Positions 26,566 to 36,854 of a stretch of DNA of 52,733 nt are shown in pieces. The notes below the pieces were generated by a model. It ran no database searches and had not been told where the DNA came from. It saw only the letters and a program-made list of their open reading frames with translations. The DNA is taken from positions 1 through 52,733 of the forward strand of contig JBAWXN010000002.1 in NCBI GenBank assembly GCA_037144045.1. The letters are read 5' to 3'. This DNA comes from a bacterium. GTDB taxonomy: Bacteria > Patescibacteriota > Minisyncoccia > Phycocordibacterales > UBA1006. Each line of letters begins with the position of its first letter. Position 1 is the first letter of the stretch. Both the position numbers and the translations under genes were made by a program.

Positions 26566-27141
26566 TTATTTTATTTCTGATACCAAGTTCGCAAGCTTGG
26601 GACTACCGCTCCATTTTTTAATCAGGTTCCCATCCTTATCAACCTGAACAAGGGTGTGCTGATAGGTTACGCCGTACTTCTTTTTTAGTTCTGTTTCTTT
26701 GTCATAATCTACTTTCAAGATACTAACCCCTTCCGGGATTGAGCTTATATTTTTTTCAATATCTGAGTTAAGACTTCTACATGATGGACACCATGAAGCG
26801 TGAAAAAAAAGAACCACATCTCCTTTCTCTGCTCGTGCAATTTTTTCTGGTGAATACGCTTCGTATGAGCCAGTTTTCATCATTGCTTTTTCTTCAGTCA
26901 TCTTGGTATCTTCCATGGCTTCTTTTTTAATCATGGTTTCTGTTTCCATTTCTTCTTTCTTGACCATAGTGCCTCCTTCGGGCACCTTTGTATCTTCCAT
27001 AGCTTTCTGCTCCATTTGGTCTTTTACCATCATCGCATCATCGTTATTTCTCATTGATGCATATACCCCACCGACGATAACCACAAGTGCAATAACTCCA
27101 ATAATAATGTACGTGTTTTTGTTCATAAATAAGTTGTTCAT
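26566..27141 (-). CDS. Membrane-anchored thioredoxin-family protein with a Met-rich linker
   Basis: TM anchor, Met/Lys/Glu-rich linker, FHASWCPSC active site. Confidence 0.9.
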   Translation of the reverse strand: MNNLFMNKNTYIIIGVIALVVIVGGVYASMRNNDDAMMVKDQMEQKAMEDTKVPEGGTMVKKEEMETETMIKKEAMEDTKMTEEKAMMKTGSYEAYSPEKIARAEKGDVVLFFHASWCPSCRSLNSDIEKNISSIPEGVSILKVDYDKETELKKKYGVTYQHTLVQVDKDGNLIKKWSGSPKLANLVSEIK

Positions 27142-27176
27142 CTTGTATTAATAATAACACTGTAAGTATAAACAAA

Positions 27177-27216
27177 AATAACTACAATGTAAAGTTAACT
27201 TTACATTGTAGTTATT
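27177..27216. promoter_or_regulatory. Perfect 40-bp palindrome (operator; core ATGTAAAG-N4-CTTTACAT)
   Basis: AATAACTACAATGTAAAGTT|AACTTTACATTGTAGTTATT upstream of the thioredoxin gene. Confidence 0.7.
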
Positions 27217-27227
27217 ACTACACCACA

Positions 27228-27614
27228 CTATAGGTTTTTGTCAGCCCACCACCTTGTCACAATTTTTGCAGTAACCATTACTACAAGGGCAACAACAAGC
27301 CACGCATCCACCTTGTGATAATAACCTTGAATAATAATTCCAAGCACGAGAGCTGCAGATCCGGCCAGAAAGGCATTGCGACCTGCAAGCGACCGGTGAA
27401 TACCATCACGTTCGTCACCCTCTGTTTCGCGTAGAACGAAACTTGTAAATATACCAAATAGCGCGAGAATGACCGCGAGCATAGCCATTACCATCATATC
27501 TGGCATCCAAAAATGGAAAGGATTTACAAGAAGTATGGCTATGCTAACGAGACCCGCCATTACAATGATTTCTTTAATGTTATTTTTCATAAGAGAGTTT
27601 GAATATTTTTTCAA
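27228..27614 (-). CDS. DUF2178-like membrane protein
   Basis: DERD..HR..AGR.AF motif; coupled to the XRE gene. Confidence 0.7.
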   Translation of the reverse strand: MKKYSNSLMKNNIKEIIVMAGLVSIAILLVNPFHFWMPDMMVMAMLAVILALFGIFTSFVLRETEGDERDGIHRSLAGRNAFLAGSAALVLGIIIQGYYHKVDAWLVVALVVMVTAKIVTRWWADKNL

Positions 27615-27792
27615 CAGGCATTTTGAAAAAATGGCTAATTTTTAATGCAAGCAAGAGCGATGGGGTGTAGTTACCTTTTTCCAATGCGATAATGGTTTGA
27701 CGACTCACCGCTACAGCACCAGCAAGTTCTTCCTGGGTGGTATTATGTTGTGTTCGCAGCTGGGCTACGGTGCTCATGATTCGTTCTGTCAT
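27580..27792 (-). CDS. XRE-family HTH transcriptional regulator
   Basis: [28 protein letters not shown]. Confidence 0.95.
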   Translation of the reverse strand: MTERIMSTVAQLRTQHNTTQEELAGAVAVSRQTIIALEKGNYTPSLLLALKISHFFKMPVEKIFKLSYEK

Positions 27793-27820
27793 AATATGAG
27801 CATAGCAAGCTTTTATGAGT

Positions 27821-27840
27821 ATGTAAAGCTTGCTTTACAT
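27821..27840. promoter_or_regulatory. Operator ATGTAAAG-N4-CTTTACAT upstream of the XRE gene
   Basis: Same 8-bp arms as 27187-27206. Confidence 0.7.
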
Positions 27841-28054
27841 TTAGTTTTCCTTTTCAGAGGATACGAACACAGGAACAAGAAGTTACCTGGGCTGGAGGAG
27901 TAAACTTGACTTTTTATGTATTTTGTGCTATTCTATTTATTGAATAGAACCTTGAATCACTTCGTTATTTATTGCTTATTTTGTTGAGTCTTCCCTGTTT
28001 CCTTATAGAGATAGAGATGACTTAATAATTATCTAATCATTAAATAATCAAACG

Positions 28055-28486
28055 ATGAATAAAGCATCCTTAATTACTCTTCAACAAGCAAACCCAAACG
28101 GGTTGCTTGAATTCGGTGAATCATTATCCTATGCAGAGTATGCAACAGAGTGTTATTTCTCTGGTCTGGCAACTATTGGCACCGTGAATAACGGGCATGA
28201 ACTATACCGATCAAAAAGCTTGCGTCACCAGACAACTGAGGACTTCTACAAATATCCTGCAAGTTCAAAGAATTCACTAAGTACATTGTTCACCGTTCAA
28301 AGTGAATCAGCAGGTGATTTACTAGTTGTGTTCGTTGCAGATATTTCGAAGAATGGTCGTGTTCAGGCTACCCTAGTTTTAACAGACACCGCCTGGCAAG
28401 AAGTATTGGCCTCAAACCAAAAAGTAATGCGCGTAGAACAGTTCTACCTACACATCATTGAAGAAAAATTACAGGTAGCAGCTTAA
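28055..28486 (+). CDS. Hypothetical protein
   Basis: 143-aa ORF; promoter TTGACT-17-TATTCT at 27906-27934; terminator at about 28508-28537. Confidence 0.65.
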   Translation: MNKASLITLQQANPNGLLEFGESLSYAEYATECYFSGLATIGTVNNGHELYRSKSLRHQTTEDFYKYPASSKNSLSTLFTVQSESAGDLLVVFVADISKNGRVQATLVLTDTAWQEVLASNQKVMRVEQFYLHIIEEKLQVAA

Positions 28487-28596
28487 TTATTTAGCCCGCC
28501 AGTACGGAAACCCGTTCGCTGAGCGGGTTTTCTTTTTAGTTAATTCTAAACTAACACCACTGAAAAAGCCTTTATTTGAAATAATAATATGGATGT

Positions 28597-31419
28597 GTGA
28601 TAATTATATGTATGAAATCCTTATTACGTGCTAAAAAATATTTACTATTAGTAATAGTTATCGTGACTATAATTTTTTCCCATCCTGGAATTACTCGAGC
28701 TGATGATGACGGTATTGGTCCGAACCTTGTTTCTTTTACTTCACAAACAGCGGACAGTACTTATGGCCCAGGATCACAAATTATTATTAATGCTAATTTT
28801 GACACGGACCTTAACTCCTTTGGAGATACCAATATGCAGGTGCAGTTGGATAGCGGTGCAATCGTTGATTTAAATTCCAACAATGGGAATTCGGTCCTGG
28901 TCGGTATTTATACGGTAGGCGGTTATGGGAGTGGAGAAAATTCGTCCGACCTAACTGTTGCATCGATTGTTTCGGCTACAAATATCCAAGACCAATTTGG
29001 CAGCACTGGAGTTAATTATCAGAATCTTCCCGGATCAAACTTGGCTAATAACTCAAACATTGTAGTAAACACGGTCCCGCTGCCTGCATTTTCGGGCGGT
29101 GACGGATCGTCGGGAAATCCTTATCAGATTACGACATGTACCCAGTTGCAGGAGATTGGGTCTAATACGTCTCTTTTCAATAAGGACTACAAGATGATGA
29201 ATAACATCGATTGTTCGGATACGATCAACTGGAATAGTGGCAACGGTTTTGATCCTATTGGTGATGCAACTAATCCATTCACGGGAACTTTTGATGGTGA
29301 TAGCAAAACCATTGATGGTCTATACATTTCTCGTGCTGACAACAGTTATAACCAGTCACCAACTGATGAAGAATACGTAGGTATCTTTGGAGCTACCACG
29401 AATGCGACCATTTCACACCTCAGAAGTACGAATGCGATGATTAAAGGATACCTTCACGTAGGAGGTATTGTTGGACATGCAGATAACACTACATTTAATG
29501 ATGTTCAAGTTAACGTGGGCACTGCAGACAATACTTGTAATCCCGGCCACTGTGTGTGGGCACGTTTTGGTGAGGCAGGAGGAGGTATTGTTGGAACAGC
29601 TATCAATGGAACAACCATCACCAACGCAGAAACCGGCGGTCCCGTAAAAGGAAGTGGAAATACCATCGGAGGTATCGTGGGATATATCCAAGACTCAAGT
29701 ATTAGCGACTCAATTTCGAGGTCTAATATTGATGGAGGGTATTATATCGGAGGTATCGCGGGAAATGCTATACGCACCTCATTTGACAATGTTCAAGCCT
29801 ATGGAGACGTCCTCCTTCAAGAGGAAGACTTCAAGACCGGTAATTACGGAGGTGGATTCGTAGGAATTATCGAAGCGTCGACCGTTTCCGACAGTTCGGC
29901 TTCAGGAAATGTTGGAGGAAATGAACTCGTGGGAGGTTTTGCGGGAATGATAAGCTCAACCTCTGTTGTTGATACTACCGCATCTGGAAACGTGCACGTG
30001 TCACAAAGTTACGCTGGAGGATTTGCAGGGGAAACAATCTGTGGAAGTACGTTCTTGCGAGTGCATGCCCTTGGAGACGTAACGTCGTTGTTTGGAAATT
30101 ATGCAGGAGGATTCAGTGGATTTGATGGCTGTGAAGGTCCCGGCTCTACCTTTACTCAAGTTTCTGCACAGGGAGACGTTACAGGAAATAACAATGTTGG
30201 AGGATTTCTTGGATACAGTGGCGGGTCGACATTCGTTAATGCCTACGCAAGTGGTAACGTGACAGCAGTTGACAACGTCGGAGGATTTGCAGGAAATTTG
30301 GCCTATTCATCATTAACGAATGTCTATTCACGTGGAGCAGTCACTGCGGGCGAATTTGCTGAATACCAAGGAGGGTTTTTGGGGGCCACTAATGAGCCAA
30401 CCCTATCAAATACGTTTTGGGATGGCGACACGGCAAACCAAGAATTCCCTTGCGCTAGTATGGGGCACTGTGGTTCTAACATTACCCAACTGACGACGAC
30501 TCAAGCAAAAACTCGATCAACCTATACAAACACAGGATGGGATTTCGATACCATCTGGACCAAGGGATCCTATAATGATGGATATCCGCATTTCCAATGG
30601 GAAGCAGCAGGTAATACTGGCGAAACAATAACGGTGACAACCGCGGGCGCGACAGCGATTACTAAAACGAGTGCCATCCTTGGGGGAACTATTACTGCAG
30701 GTCAGGCCAATTCGTATGGAGTATTCCTAGGGACAGAAAGTCATACTGACGGTGAGCTCCCAGAATATTCTCCAGACACCTTAGCGGTTGCAAGTCAGCT
30801 CAGTGCCCTTTACCCAATAAGTAATGGCCTCCCATCAGCGGAGGTAAGTGCGCCGTATAGTTACGAGACCTCTCTTGATGGTTTCCTTGAATGTGGTACC
30901 ACGTATTACTACCGAGCATTAGTATTTCGATTAGCTGACCCACTTCAATTGTCTGAGTTATTAGGAATCGGTATCGGAAACGAAAGAAGCTTTACAACTG
31001 TAGCGTGTAATGATGCGACACCAACCATCAGCACCGGTTCGTCAGGGGGTGGTTCACAATTTGCATGGACACCTCAAGGATCAAATAATACTGTGACCCC
31101 GGTTAACACTTCAACTACGCCCGATAATGACAAAAATACTTGTCCTGCAGACCAAATCCTTACTCAAAACATGCGCGCTGGTGCACGTAATGGTAAATAC
31201 CACCCGTACACCAAAGCAATTGTCCGTGAAGTAAAAATACTTCAAGCACACATGAACCGACTTGGATTTAATTCAGGACCAGTAGACGGAATTCTTGGAA
31301 AACTTACTGATGGTGCAATCAAGCGCATGCAGAAGTATTTAGGAACAGATCAGGACGGATTAGTAGGACCGAAGACGCGTGGACTCATCAATAATTCGTG
31401 CGGTGCGAAAGGATTATAA
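28597..31419 (+). CDS. Large secreted/surface protein with GLUG-like repeats and a C-terminal peptidoglycan-binding domain
   Basis: Signal peptide; FSGGDGSSGNPYQITTCTQLQ, FTGTFDGD; repeated VGG..G motifs; C-terminal VDGILGKLT.GAIKRMQ...DGLVGPKTR. Confidence 0.85.
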   Translation: MIIICMKSLLRAKKYLLLVIVIVTIIFSHPGITRADDDGIGPNLVSFTSQTADSTYGPGSQIIINANFDTDLNSFGDTNMQVQLDSGAIVDLNSNNGNSVLVGIYTVGGYGSGENSSDLTVASIVSATNIQDQFGSTGVNYQNLPGSNLANNSNIVVNTVPLPAFSGGDGSSGNPYQITTCTQLQEIGSNTSLFNKDYKMMNNIDCSDTINWNSGNGFDPIGDATNPFTGTFDGDSKTIDGLYISRADNSYNQSPTDEEYVGIFGATTNATISHLRSTNAMIKGYLHVGGIVGHADNTTFNDVQVNVGTADNTCNPGHCVWARFGEAGGGIVGTAINGTTITNAETGGPVKGSGNTIGGIVGYIQDSSISDSISRSNIDGGYYIGGIAGNAIRTSFDNVQAYGDVLLQEEDFKTGNYGGGFVGIIEASTVSDSSASGNVGGNELVGGFAGMISSTSVVDTTASGNVHVSQSYAGGFAGETICGSTFLRVHALGDVTSLFGNYAGGFSGFDGCEGPGSTFTQVSAQGDVTGNNNVGGFLGYSGGSTFVNAYASGNVTAVDNVGGFAGNLAYSSLTNVYSRGAVTAGEFAEYQGGFLGATNEPTLSNTFWDGDTANQEFPCASMGHCGSNITQLTTTQAKTRSTYTNTGWDFDTIWTKGSYNDGYPHFQWEAAGNTGETITVTTAGATAITKTSAILGGTITAGQANSYGVFLGTESHTDGELPEYSPDTLAVASQLSALYPISNGLPSAEVSAPYSYETSLDGFLECGTTYYYRALVFRLADPLQLSELLGIGIGNERSFTTVACNDATPTISTGSSGGGSQFAWTPQGSNNTVTPVNTSTTPDNDKNTCPADQILTQNMRAGARNGKYHPYTKAIVREVKILQAHMNRLGFNSGPVDGILGKLTDGAIKRMQKYLGTDQDGLVGPKTRGLINNSCGAKGL

Positions 31420-31437
31420 AATATCACAATATAAAAT

Positions 31438-31872
31438 ATGACAACACTTAGCACCTGGATCAACTTTAACGGTAATGCAGAAGAAGCACTCACTTTCTAC
31501 CAATCAGTTTTCGGTGGTGAGTTTACAAAAATCATTCACTTCAAAGACATTGCAACAGATGAATTTCCTATTCCAGAGACAGAAGCGCAAAAAATTATGT
31601 ACATTGCCCTCCCTATTGGTAACAGTGGACAATTAGTTGCAAATGACGTCCCGGAATTTATGGGACATGTAAACGAAAACGAAAACAGAAGTAAAATTCT
31701 CATTACTGTTTCAAGTAAGGATGAGGCAGACCGATTATTTAACGGACTTTCAGTAGGTGGAACTATCGAAGGACCTCTTGGTGATAGTCCTTGGGGTAGC
31801 TACGCCGGAATGTTTCGAGACAAATATGGTATTGAATGGATTATTGAATATACTCCTGATAAAACCAATTAA
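31438..31872 (+). CDS. VOC/PhnB-like protein
   Basis: FNGNAEEALTFYQSVFGGE...PWGSYAGMFRDKYGIEW. Confidence 0.9.
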   Translation: MTTLSTWINFNGNAEEALTFYQSVFGGEFTKIIHFKDIATDEFPIPETEAQKIMYIALPIGNSGQLVANDVPEFMGHVNENENRSKILITVSSKDEADRLFNGLSVGGTIEGPLGDSPWGSYAGMFRDKYGIEWIIEYTPDKTN

Positions 31873-31967
31873 TAATAAAACACTCCTTGTGGGTGTTTTA
31901 TTATTACTGTAATTTACTAAACAAAAAAGAGCAGGCTTTCACCTACTCTTTCTCACCCTATTAAGTT

Positions 31968-32624
31968 TTACCACTGTCGATACCGATTACGCGGTTCTGG
32001 TTCGTCCTGCCACATACGGTACAGGAATTGTGCCATCATAAGCAATATTGCTAGAGATCCAATTACCCAGAAATGTTGCACTACGGCAGACAATACCAAA
32101 ATGAATACTACTAGCAGAATTAAAGCTACAACTGCATACGCTTCGCCAGCTTTGTCGTTACTCGAACTAGAACTACTCGAACTTGATGAGCCACCTCCTA
32201 CGCCTAGGTCGCCATTGTTTGCAATGTAATACCAGTGATAGAACGAACTATGCTGATAGCGATCATTTTGTGCTATTGATGAAGTATTACCCGATGACCA
32301 ATCATCACTTGGTTCTGTGTAAGTAATTCCTAAATATACCGATAGCAAGCATGCTATCGCAAGGAAACCATACACCAATGGCCCAGGTATGAAACGCTTA
32401 TAGTCAAAACTATAACTATCGCCCAACTTGGTCGCAATAAAATAATTAATGTAGTTCATTACTAGTGCAATTGCCGTGCTGAGTACTGCCGCACATAGGT
32501 AGATGTTAATTCCACCCCATGAGGCATTGTACTTTTCATAAGCATACTGGTAGTACACGGTCACTAATGCTGCAATAGCAAATAATACAGTGTACACTAT
32601 ACGAAGCTTCTTCTTTTGTTCCAT
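31968..32624 (-). CDS. Hypothetical membrane protein with poly-Ser linker
   Basis: Multi-TM ORF containing GGGSSSSSSSSSSN. Confidence 0.7.
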   Translation of the reverse strand: MEQKKKLRIVYTVLFAIAALVTVYYQYAYEKYNASWGGINIYLCAAVLSTAIALVMNYINYFIATKLGDSYSFDYKRFIPGPLVYGFLAIACLLSVYLGITYTEPSDDWSSGNTSSIAQNDRYQHSSFYHWYYIANNGDLGVGGGSSSSSSSSSSNDKAGEAYAVVALILLVVFILVLSAVVQHFWVIGSLAILLMMAQFLYRMWQDEPEPRNRYRQW

Positions 32625-32743
32625 TTTCTATATCGTTTGGTTTATTTTATTTTAAATAATGTCTTATACATTATAGCACGTTTAAATTTAAATGTCAATA
32701 TTTCTTCCCTTCTTGATTTGCAATAATCTGCTATACTTAGTGT

Positions 32744-33736
32744 ATGAAACACACCATAATTAACACCTTGCAAGGTGTTGCAATCGGGGATGCGTTTGGA
32801 GTCGGCATTGAGTTTAAAAGCCGTCCATGGATTTTAGAACATGTGCATTTTGACCACATCATACCCAGAACCAATAATGTTTGGAAAGCAAACGGATTCC
32901 CTCTCGATCCGGGTACTTATTCTGACGATACGGAACATACTATTGCTGTTGCAGAAGCGCTCCTGAGCGATGAACCATTTTCAAAAGACCTCCTCCTTGA
33001 AAAATTTAAGCACGAATATGAAACCGATAAGAAGGTAAAAGGATACCCTCGTCAAGGACATGGATCTATTGAACATTGGTATACCGGTGAAAAAACCATT
33101 GATGAAATCAGAACTCAGCAATCACTCCGTGACGACCCAGGAAATGCACCGGTAATGCGCGCAATTCCTATTGCATTTGCCGGTCGAGAAACTCTTCATG
33201 ACTACGCGATTATTAATGCTGATGTGACTCATCCTCATATTGCGGCACGACATGCAAGTCTTATTACTGTATTAACGGCTTGGCACTTTTTAAGGAACCA
33301 AGGAACGAGTGATACATTGTTTTCGTTTTTAAATAACGAATTAGCAAGTGAAGGAATCGCAGAGCAACTTGCGTCGATTGATGCACTTCCTCATCCTGAA
33401 CAACTTACTGAATCAGATTTTGTAGTACTCCACAGTACTCAACCTCTTCCTTTCGTTCCTTGGGATGACAACATTTATGGACTTCCTTGTGCAGCGCTTA
33501 AGACTGCATTGAACGTTGCTTACATTATGAAACACAGCATCTCCGCGTTTGATGCGCTCAAACAGAGTATTCGCATGGGTGGTGACGTAGACTCACTTGC
33601 TGCGGTGTGTACTGGTATTGCGTCAGGTGCTTATGGAACCGATTCGCTTCCTCGATTTTTATTTAACCAAACGGAAGGCCTTGGCCGTATGCAACAGCTT
33701 GGTGAACGGCTCTATGCAAAATTTCAGCATAATTAA
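32744..33736 (+). CDS. ADP-ribosylglycohydrolase family protein
   Basis: GDAFG, YSDDTE, GNAPVMR and GGDVDS motifs. Confidence 0.92.
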   Translation: MKHTIINTLQGVAIGDAFGVGIEFKSRPWILEHVHFDHIIPRTNNVWKANGFPLDPGTYSDDTEHTIAVAEALLSDEPFSKDLLLEKFKHEYETDKKVKGYPRQGHGSIEHWYTGEKTIDEIRTQQSLRDDPGNAPVMRAIPIAFAGRETLHDYAIINADVTHPHIAARHASLITVLTAWHFLRNQGTSDTLFSFLNNELASEGIAEQLASIDALPHPEQLTESDFVVLHSTQPLPFVPWDDNIYGLPCAALKTALNVAYIMKHSISAFDALKQSIRMGGDVDSLAAVCTGIASGAYGTDSLPRFLFNQTEGLGRMQQLGERLYAKFQHN

Positions 33737-33800
33737 ACCGTTATGCAGTTTTCTATTTCAGAATTTCTCTGAACACTCGGTTTCGTTTATACTGTAATTC

Positions 33801-34859
33801 ATGAACAAAGACTCGGTAAAGAAAATATTAGAAGAGCCTATTGTACTTCCAAGAAATCCAATCTGGGAAATTGTGAGAGTTTTTGGGCGAGATGAAATCA
33901 TTGCACTTATTATTGGGACTGTGGGAACGGCGTTAGTAAGTCTCTTTGTAAGTAACTTGATTATGCTTGCACTTGCAGCACCAGTGATCGAGAAAATTGG
34001 ATTCTTTATTGCTTACATCAAAGAACCTTCTGGCCTTAAAAAGGGATTCGCGAGCATGCTCAAGGATCTTATAGCCCATGATCCCCTCTATGCACTCCTT
34101 ATGGTTATTGCACTTAGTTTATATAATGCACCTGCTTGGATACTTTCTATTTCATGTTTCATTATTGCGCTCGGAATAGTAGCAACCGGAGAAGTGCTCA
34201 TTACTGAAATCCGTTATCGACTTCAATTTTTGAAATATAAAAAACTAGGATTTCGATTTGAATCATATTTAGAATCACGATTTTATATTAAAAAAGCAGA
34301 CACAGAAAAAATCATTACTGACTTTGCACGAGAATTTAATTTACACAAAAGAGAATCTGCAAACTATCATGATTTATATTTCGCAACTAAACTTGAAAAC
34401 TTTAACGGTCGCGAACCAGTGCTCAGACTTCGCCAGAGAACTCTTAATACCGTACAGACGTTTCAAATTGTTTATACCAAAGCTTCTGAAATGACGCGCA
34501 GTCACCCTACCCAATTTAATTACTACCCTTCAAGAAAAGATAAGGCCTGGATCAAGCTCGACCAACCAATGCCTTGGAGTATTAGCGATATTGAAAATGA
34601 ATCAATTCGAAATCTCGGTCGTTCAATCAGTCTAGAACCAACTCGCGAAATCTTCTTCTCTCGATCTGTAGTACGCAACCCACAAACTATTTTAGTTTCG
34701 GTAGATCAAATTGAAAACGGTAATGATCCCCTTACGGTTATTGAAATAAAATCACGACTAGATACTGCGAGTAAAAAGGTATTTATTCAGGCCATGCGCC
34801 ATGTAATGCTTAAACACGAAGTAATTCAAACTACTCACGGAAAAAGTGCCTTATTATAA
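33801..34859 (+). CDS. Membrane protein with C-terminal CYTH-like domain
   Basis: N-terminal TM helices; ESRF, DLYF, LRLRQR, VDQ and IEIK resemble CYTH motifs. Confidence 0.55.
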   Translation: MNKDSVKKILEEPIVLPRNPIWEIVRVFGRDEIIALIIGTVGTALVSLFVSNLIMLALAAPVIEKIGFFIAYIKEPSGLKKGFASMLKDLIAHDPLYALLMVIALSLYNAPAWILSISCFIIALGIVATGEVLITEIRYRLQFLKYKKLGFRFESYLESRFYIKKADTEKIITDFAREFNLHKRESANYHDLYFATKLENFNGREPVLRLRQRTLNTVQTFQIVYTKASEMTRSHPTQFNYYPSRKDKAWIKLDQPMPWSISDIENESIRNLGRSISLEPTREIFFSRSVVRNPQTILVSVDQIENGNDPLTVIEIKSRLDTASKKVFIQAMRHVMLKHEVIQTTHGKSALL

Positions 34860-34893
34860 AGCATGACGTTTGCGTGAGTATTATTTCACCTAG

Positions 34894-35577
34894 TTACATC
34901 TTAACCTCTACAATAAGGGCTTGTGCTCCACCATCGGTCACGAGTAGTATTTCGGATACTTTGGTAATGCGGGCCTGATCTCCAGCACTCAATAATTCAC
35001 CATTAACGAAAACTTCGCCTTTACTTATATATATTAAACAACCCCAGCCTACCTCAAGAACTATTTTGGCTTCTTGTGTTGGAGTAAGTACTAATTTTGA
35101 AACGGTAGCATTCGCATACAGTGCCACGACTCCCGACTTTGTTCCAGACGCAAGCACCGTTACTGGATGTGTATCAACAATTTTTTTCTGTTCATAGCTT
35201 GTTACTGTAGTTTGATTAGAATGAAACCATAATTGATAAAGATGTATCGGAACATCATGTCGATTAAATTCAGAATGGACTACATGATTGCCCGCAGACA
35301 TGCGTTGTACTTCTCCAGCAGTAAGCGTTTCCTTGTTTCCCATACTATCAGTATGCGTTAAGGTTCCTTCAAGAATAATAGTAAGTATTTCCATTTTTGC
35401 GTGTGGATGGTCTGGAAAACCAGCACCAGGTGCAATTACATCATCATTGAACACACGCAGTGCTCCAAAATTCATATTGGTAGCCTCGTGGTAGTGTCCA
35501 AATGAAAAGAGCCAATAGGTTTGTAGCGAGCCAAAGTCATTATAATACCGGTCTGCCGCTGGAATTTTTTTAATCAT
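34894..35577 (-). CDS. Pirin family protein
   Basis: FSFGHY, FPDHPH..MEI, GEVQRMSAG..V.HSE, LYQLW; start refined from 35598. Confidence 0.93.
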   Translation of the reverse strand: MIKKIPAADRYYNDFGSLQTYWLFSFGHYHEATNMNFGALRVFNDDVIAPGAGFPDHPHAKMEILTIILEGTLTHTDSMGNKETLTAGEVQRMSAGNHVVHSEFNRHDVPIHLYQLWFHSNQTTVTSYEQKKIVDTHPVTVLASGTKSGVVALYANATVSKLVLTPTQEAKIVLEVGWGCLIYISKGEVFVNGELLSAGDQARITKVSEILLVTDGGAQALIVEVKM

Positions 35578-35684
35578 ATATATAAGTGTACCAGACATTT
35601 ATATATGACAAGGATTATTGACTAAATAATATAAAATGGTACTATACACTTCACTGTATTTTCAAACAAAATAACTGATTAAAA

Positions 35685-36788
35685 ATGAAGAGAACGTTCG
35701 AAGAGATCGACTATGCGATCCGAAACAAATTATTTACTCCCCCAAAACCAATCGAGGTGCCCGATGCAAAAGCAAAGCTGCGCATTGCCGAACTCGATTC
35801 AGAGGGTAGACTTATCATTATGAAAAAGGATGATGGTCACGGACACATAGGTGTCATTGGACTAAAACCCGATATTTTATCGCTCTATACCTTAGGTTTT
35901 CTTGATGTAACTACTAAGCACCCTTTAATTGTTAGCGAACTACTCTCTGTTAAATTTCCCGAGGAAACGATACTGTGTAGTGAAATTACTTGCTTAGTAA
36001 ACGGAAAGCAAGACCGTAATCAACTTACGAGCATTAATCGTGCAAAAGACGAAAAGGCTATTACTTATCCAACACGAACCGGAATTTTTCCTAAAATGTC
36101 TATCTTCAACACACTCATGTGGAACGGAGAAGACACAACTGCATGGACCAACTATGACCGCTACATGCAGGTGGTTGAGTATTTTAAGAAAAAAAGTAAA
36201 ACATTCGACTATGTTCATGTTACAGAATTAGTACTTGGCTCACTTGCTGATGCACGTATCCGCGCACAAGAATCAAAATGGGAAGGAATGGTCTTATACG
36301 ATCCTGACGCAACCACTGAAATCTTTATTAATAAAGGTGATGACATTCCACGACCTGATGGTTGTTGGAAAGACAAAGATCACTTCGAAGGTGATTTCGT
36401 AGCGTTTGCTTATGAACCAAGTACTGCAAAATCCCATCCAGGCGCTGTACGCGATTTCTGGATTGGGCTTCTCGACAAAAAAACAGGACTTGTTATTCCT
36501 ATGGGTAAATGTGGGGGCGGTATGAAAAAGTCAGAGCGTATTAAGTATGCTAATCCTGATCTTTACCCACTACCGATTGAGGTGAGATATGAAAATATGT
36601 CTAAACATGGCAAATTAGTTCATCCACGCTTTAGACGCGTTCGTGATGAATCTGATAAAAAATGGCAGCAATGTATTGCAACACCTGAACAACTCAAACA
36701 TGAGCTTGCAAAAACGGTACACCGCATTGACCCTCTTAATACTGAACGCATTATTCTTCGTGGTAAAAAACCAAAATATATTAAATAG
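35685..36788 (+). CDS. ATP-dependent DNA ligase-like protein
   Basis: KxDG (KDDG), WEGMVL, WKDK and OB-fold HPRF.RVR..DK motifs. Confidence 0.75.
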   Translation: MKRTFEEIDYAIRNKLFTPPKPIEVPDAKAKLRIAELDSEGRLIIMKKDDGHGHIGVIGLKPDILSLYTLGFLDVTTKHPLIVSELLSVKFPEETILCSEITCLVNGKQDRNQLTSINRAKDEKAITYPTRTGIFPKMSIFNTLMWNGEDTTAWTNYDRYMQVVEYFKKKSKTFDYVHVTELVLGSLADARIRAQESKWEGMVLYDPDATTEIFINKGDDIPRPDGCWKDKDHFEGDFVAFAYEPSTAKSHPGAVRDFWIGLLDKKTGLVIPMGKCGGGMKKSERIKYANPDLYPLPIEVRYENMSKHGKLVHPRFRRVRDESDKKWQQCIATPEQLKHELAKTVHRIDPLNTERIILRGKKPKYIK

Positions 36789-36854
36789 TACTACACCCCC
36801 GAGCAATCGGGGGATTTTTTTGAATAATTATTATGAATCATTTATACTCGTTAT

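Noticed and set aside
27855-27900. Additional att arm or tRNA remnant (TACGAAC...GGAGGAG)
   Set aside because: Wrong spacing, no GAGC core and no conserved peptide on the minus strand.
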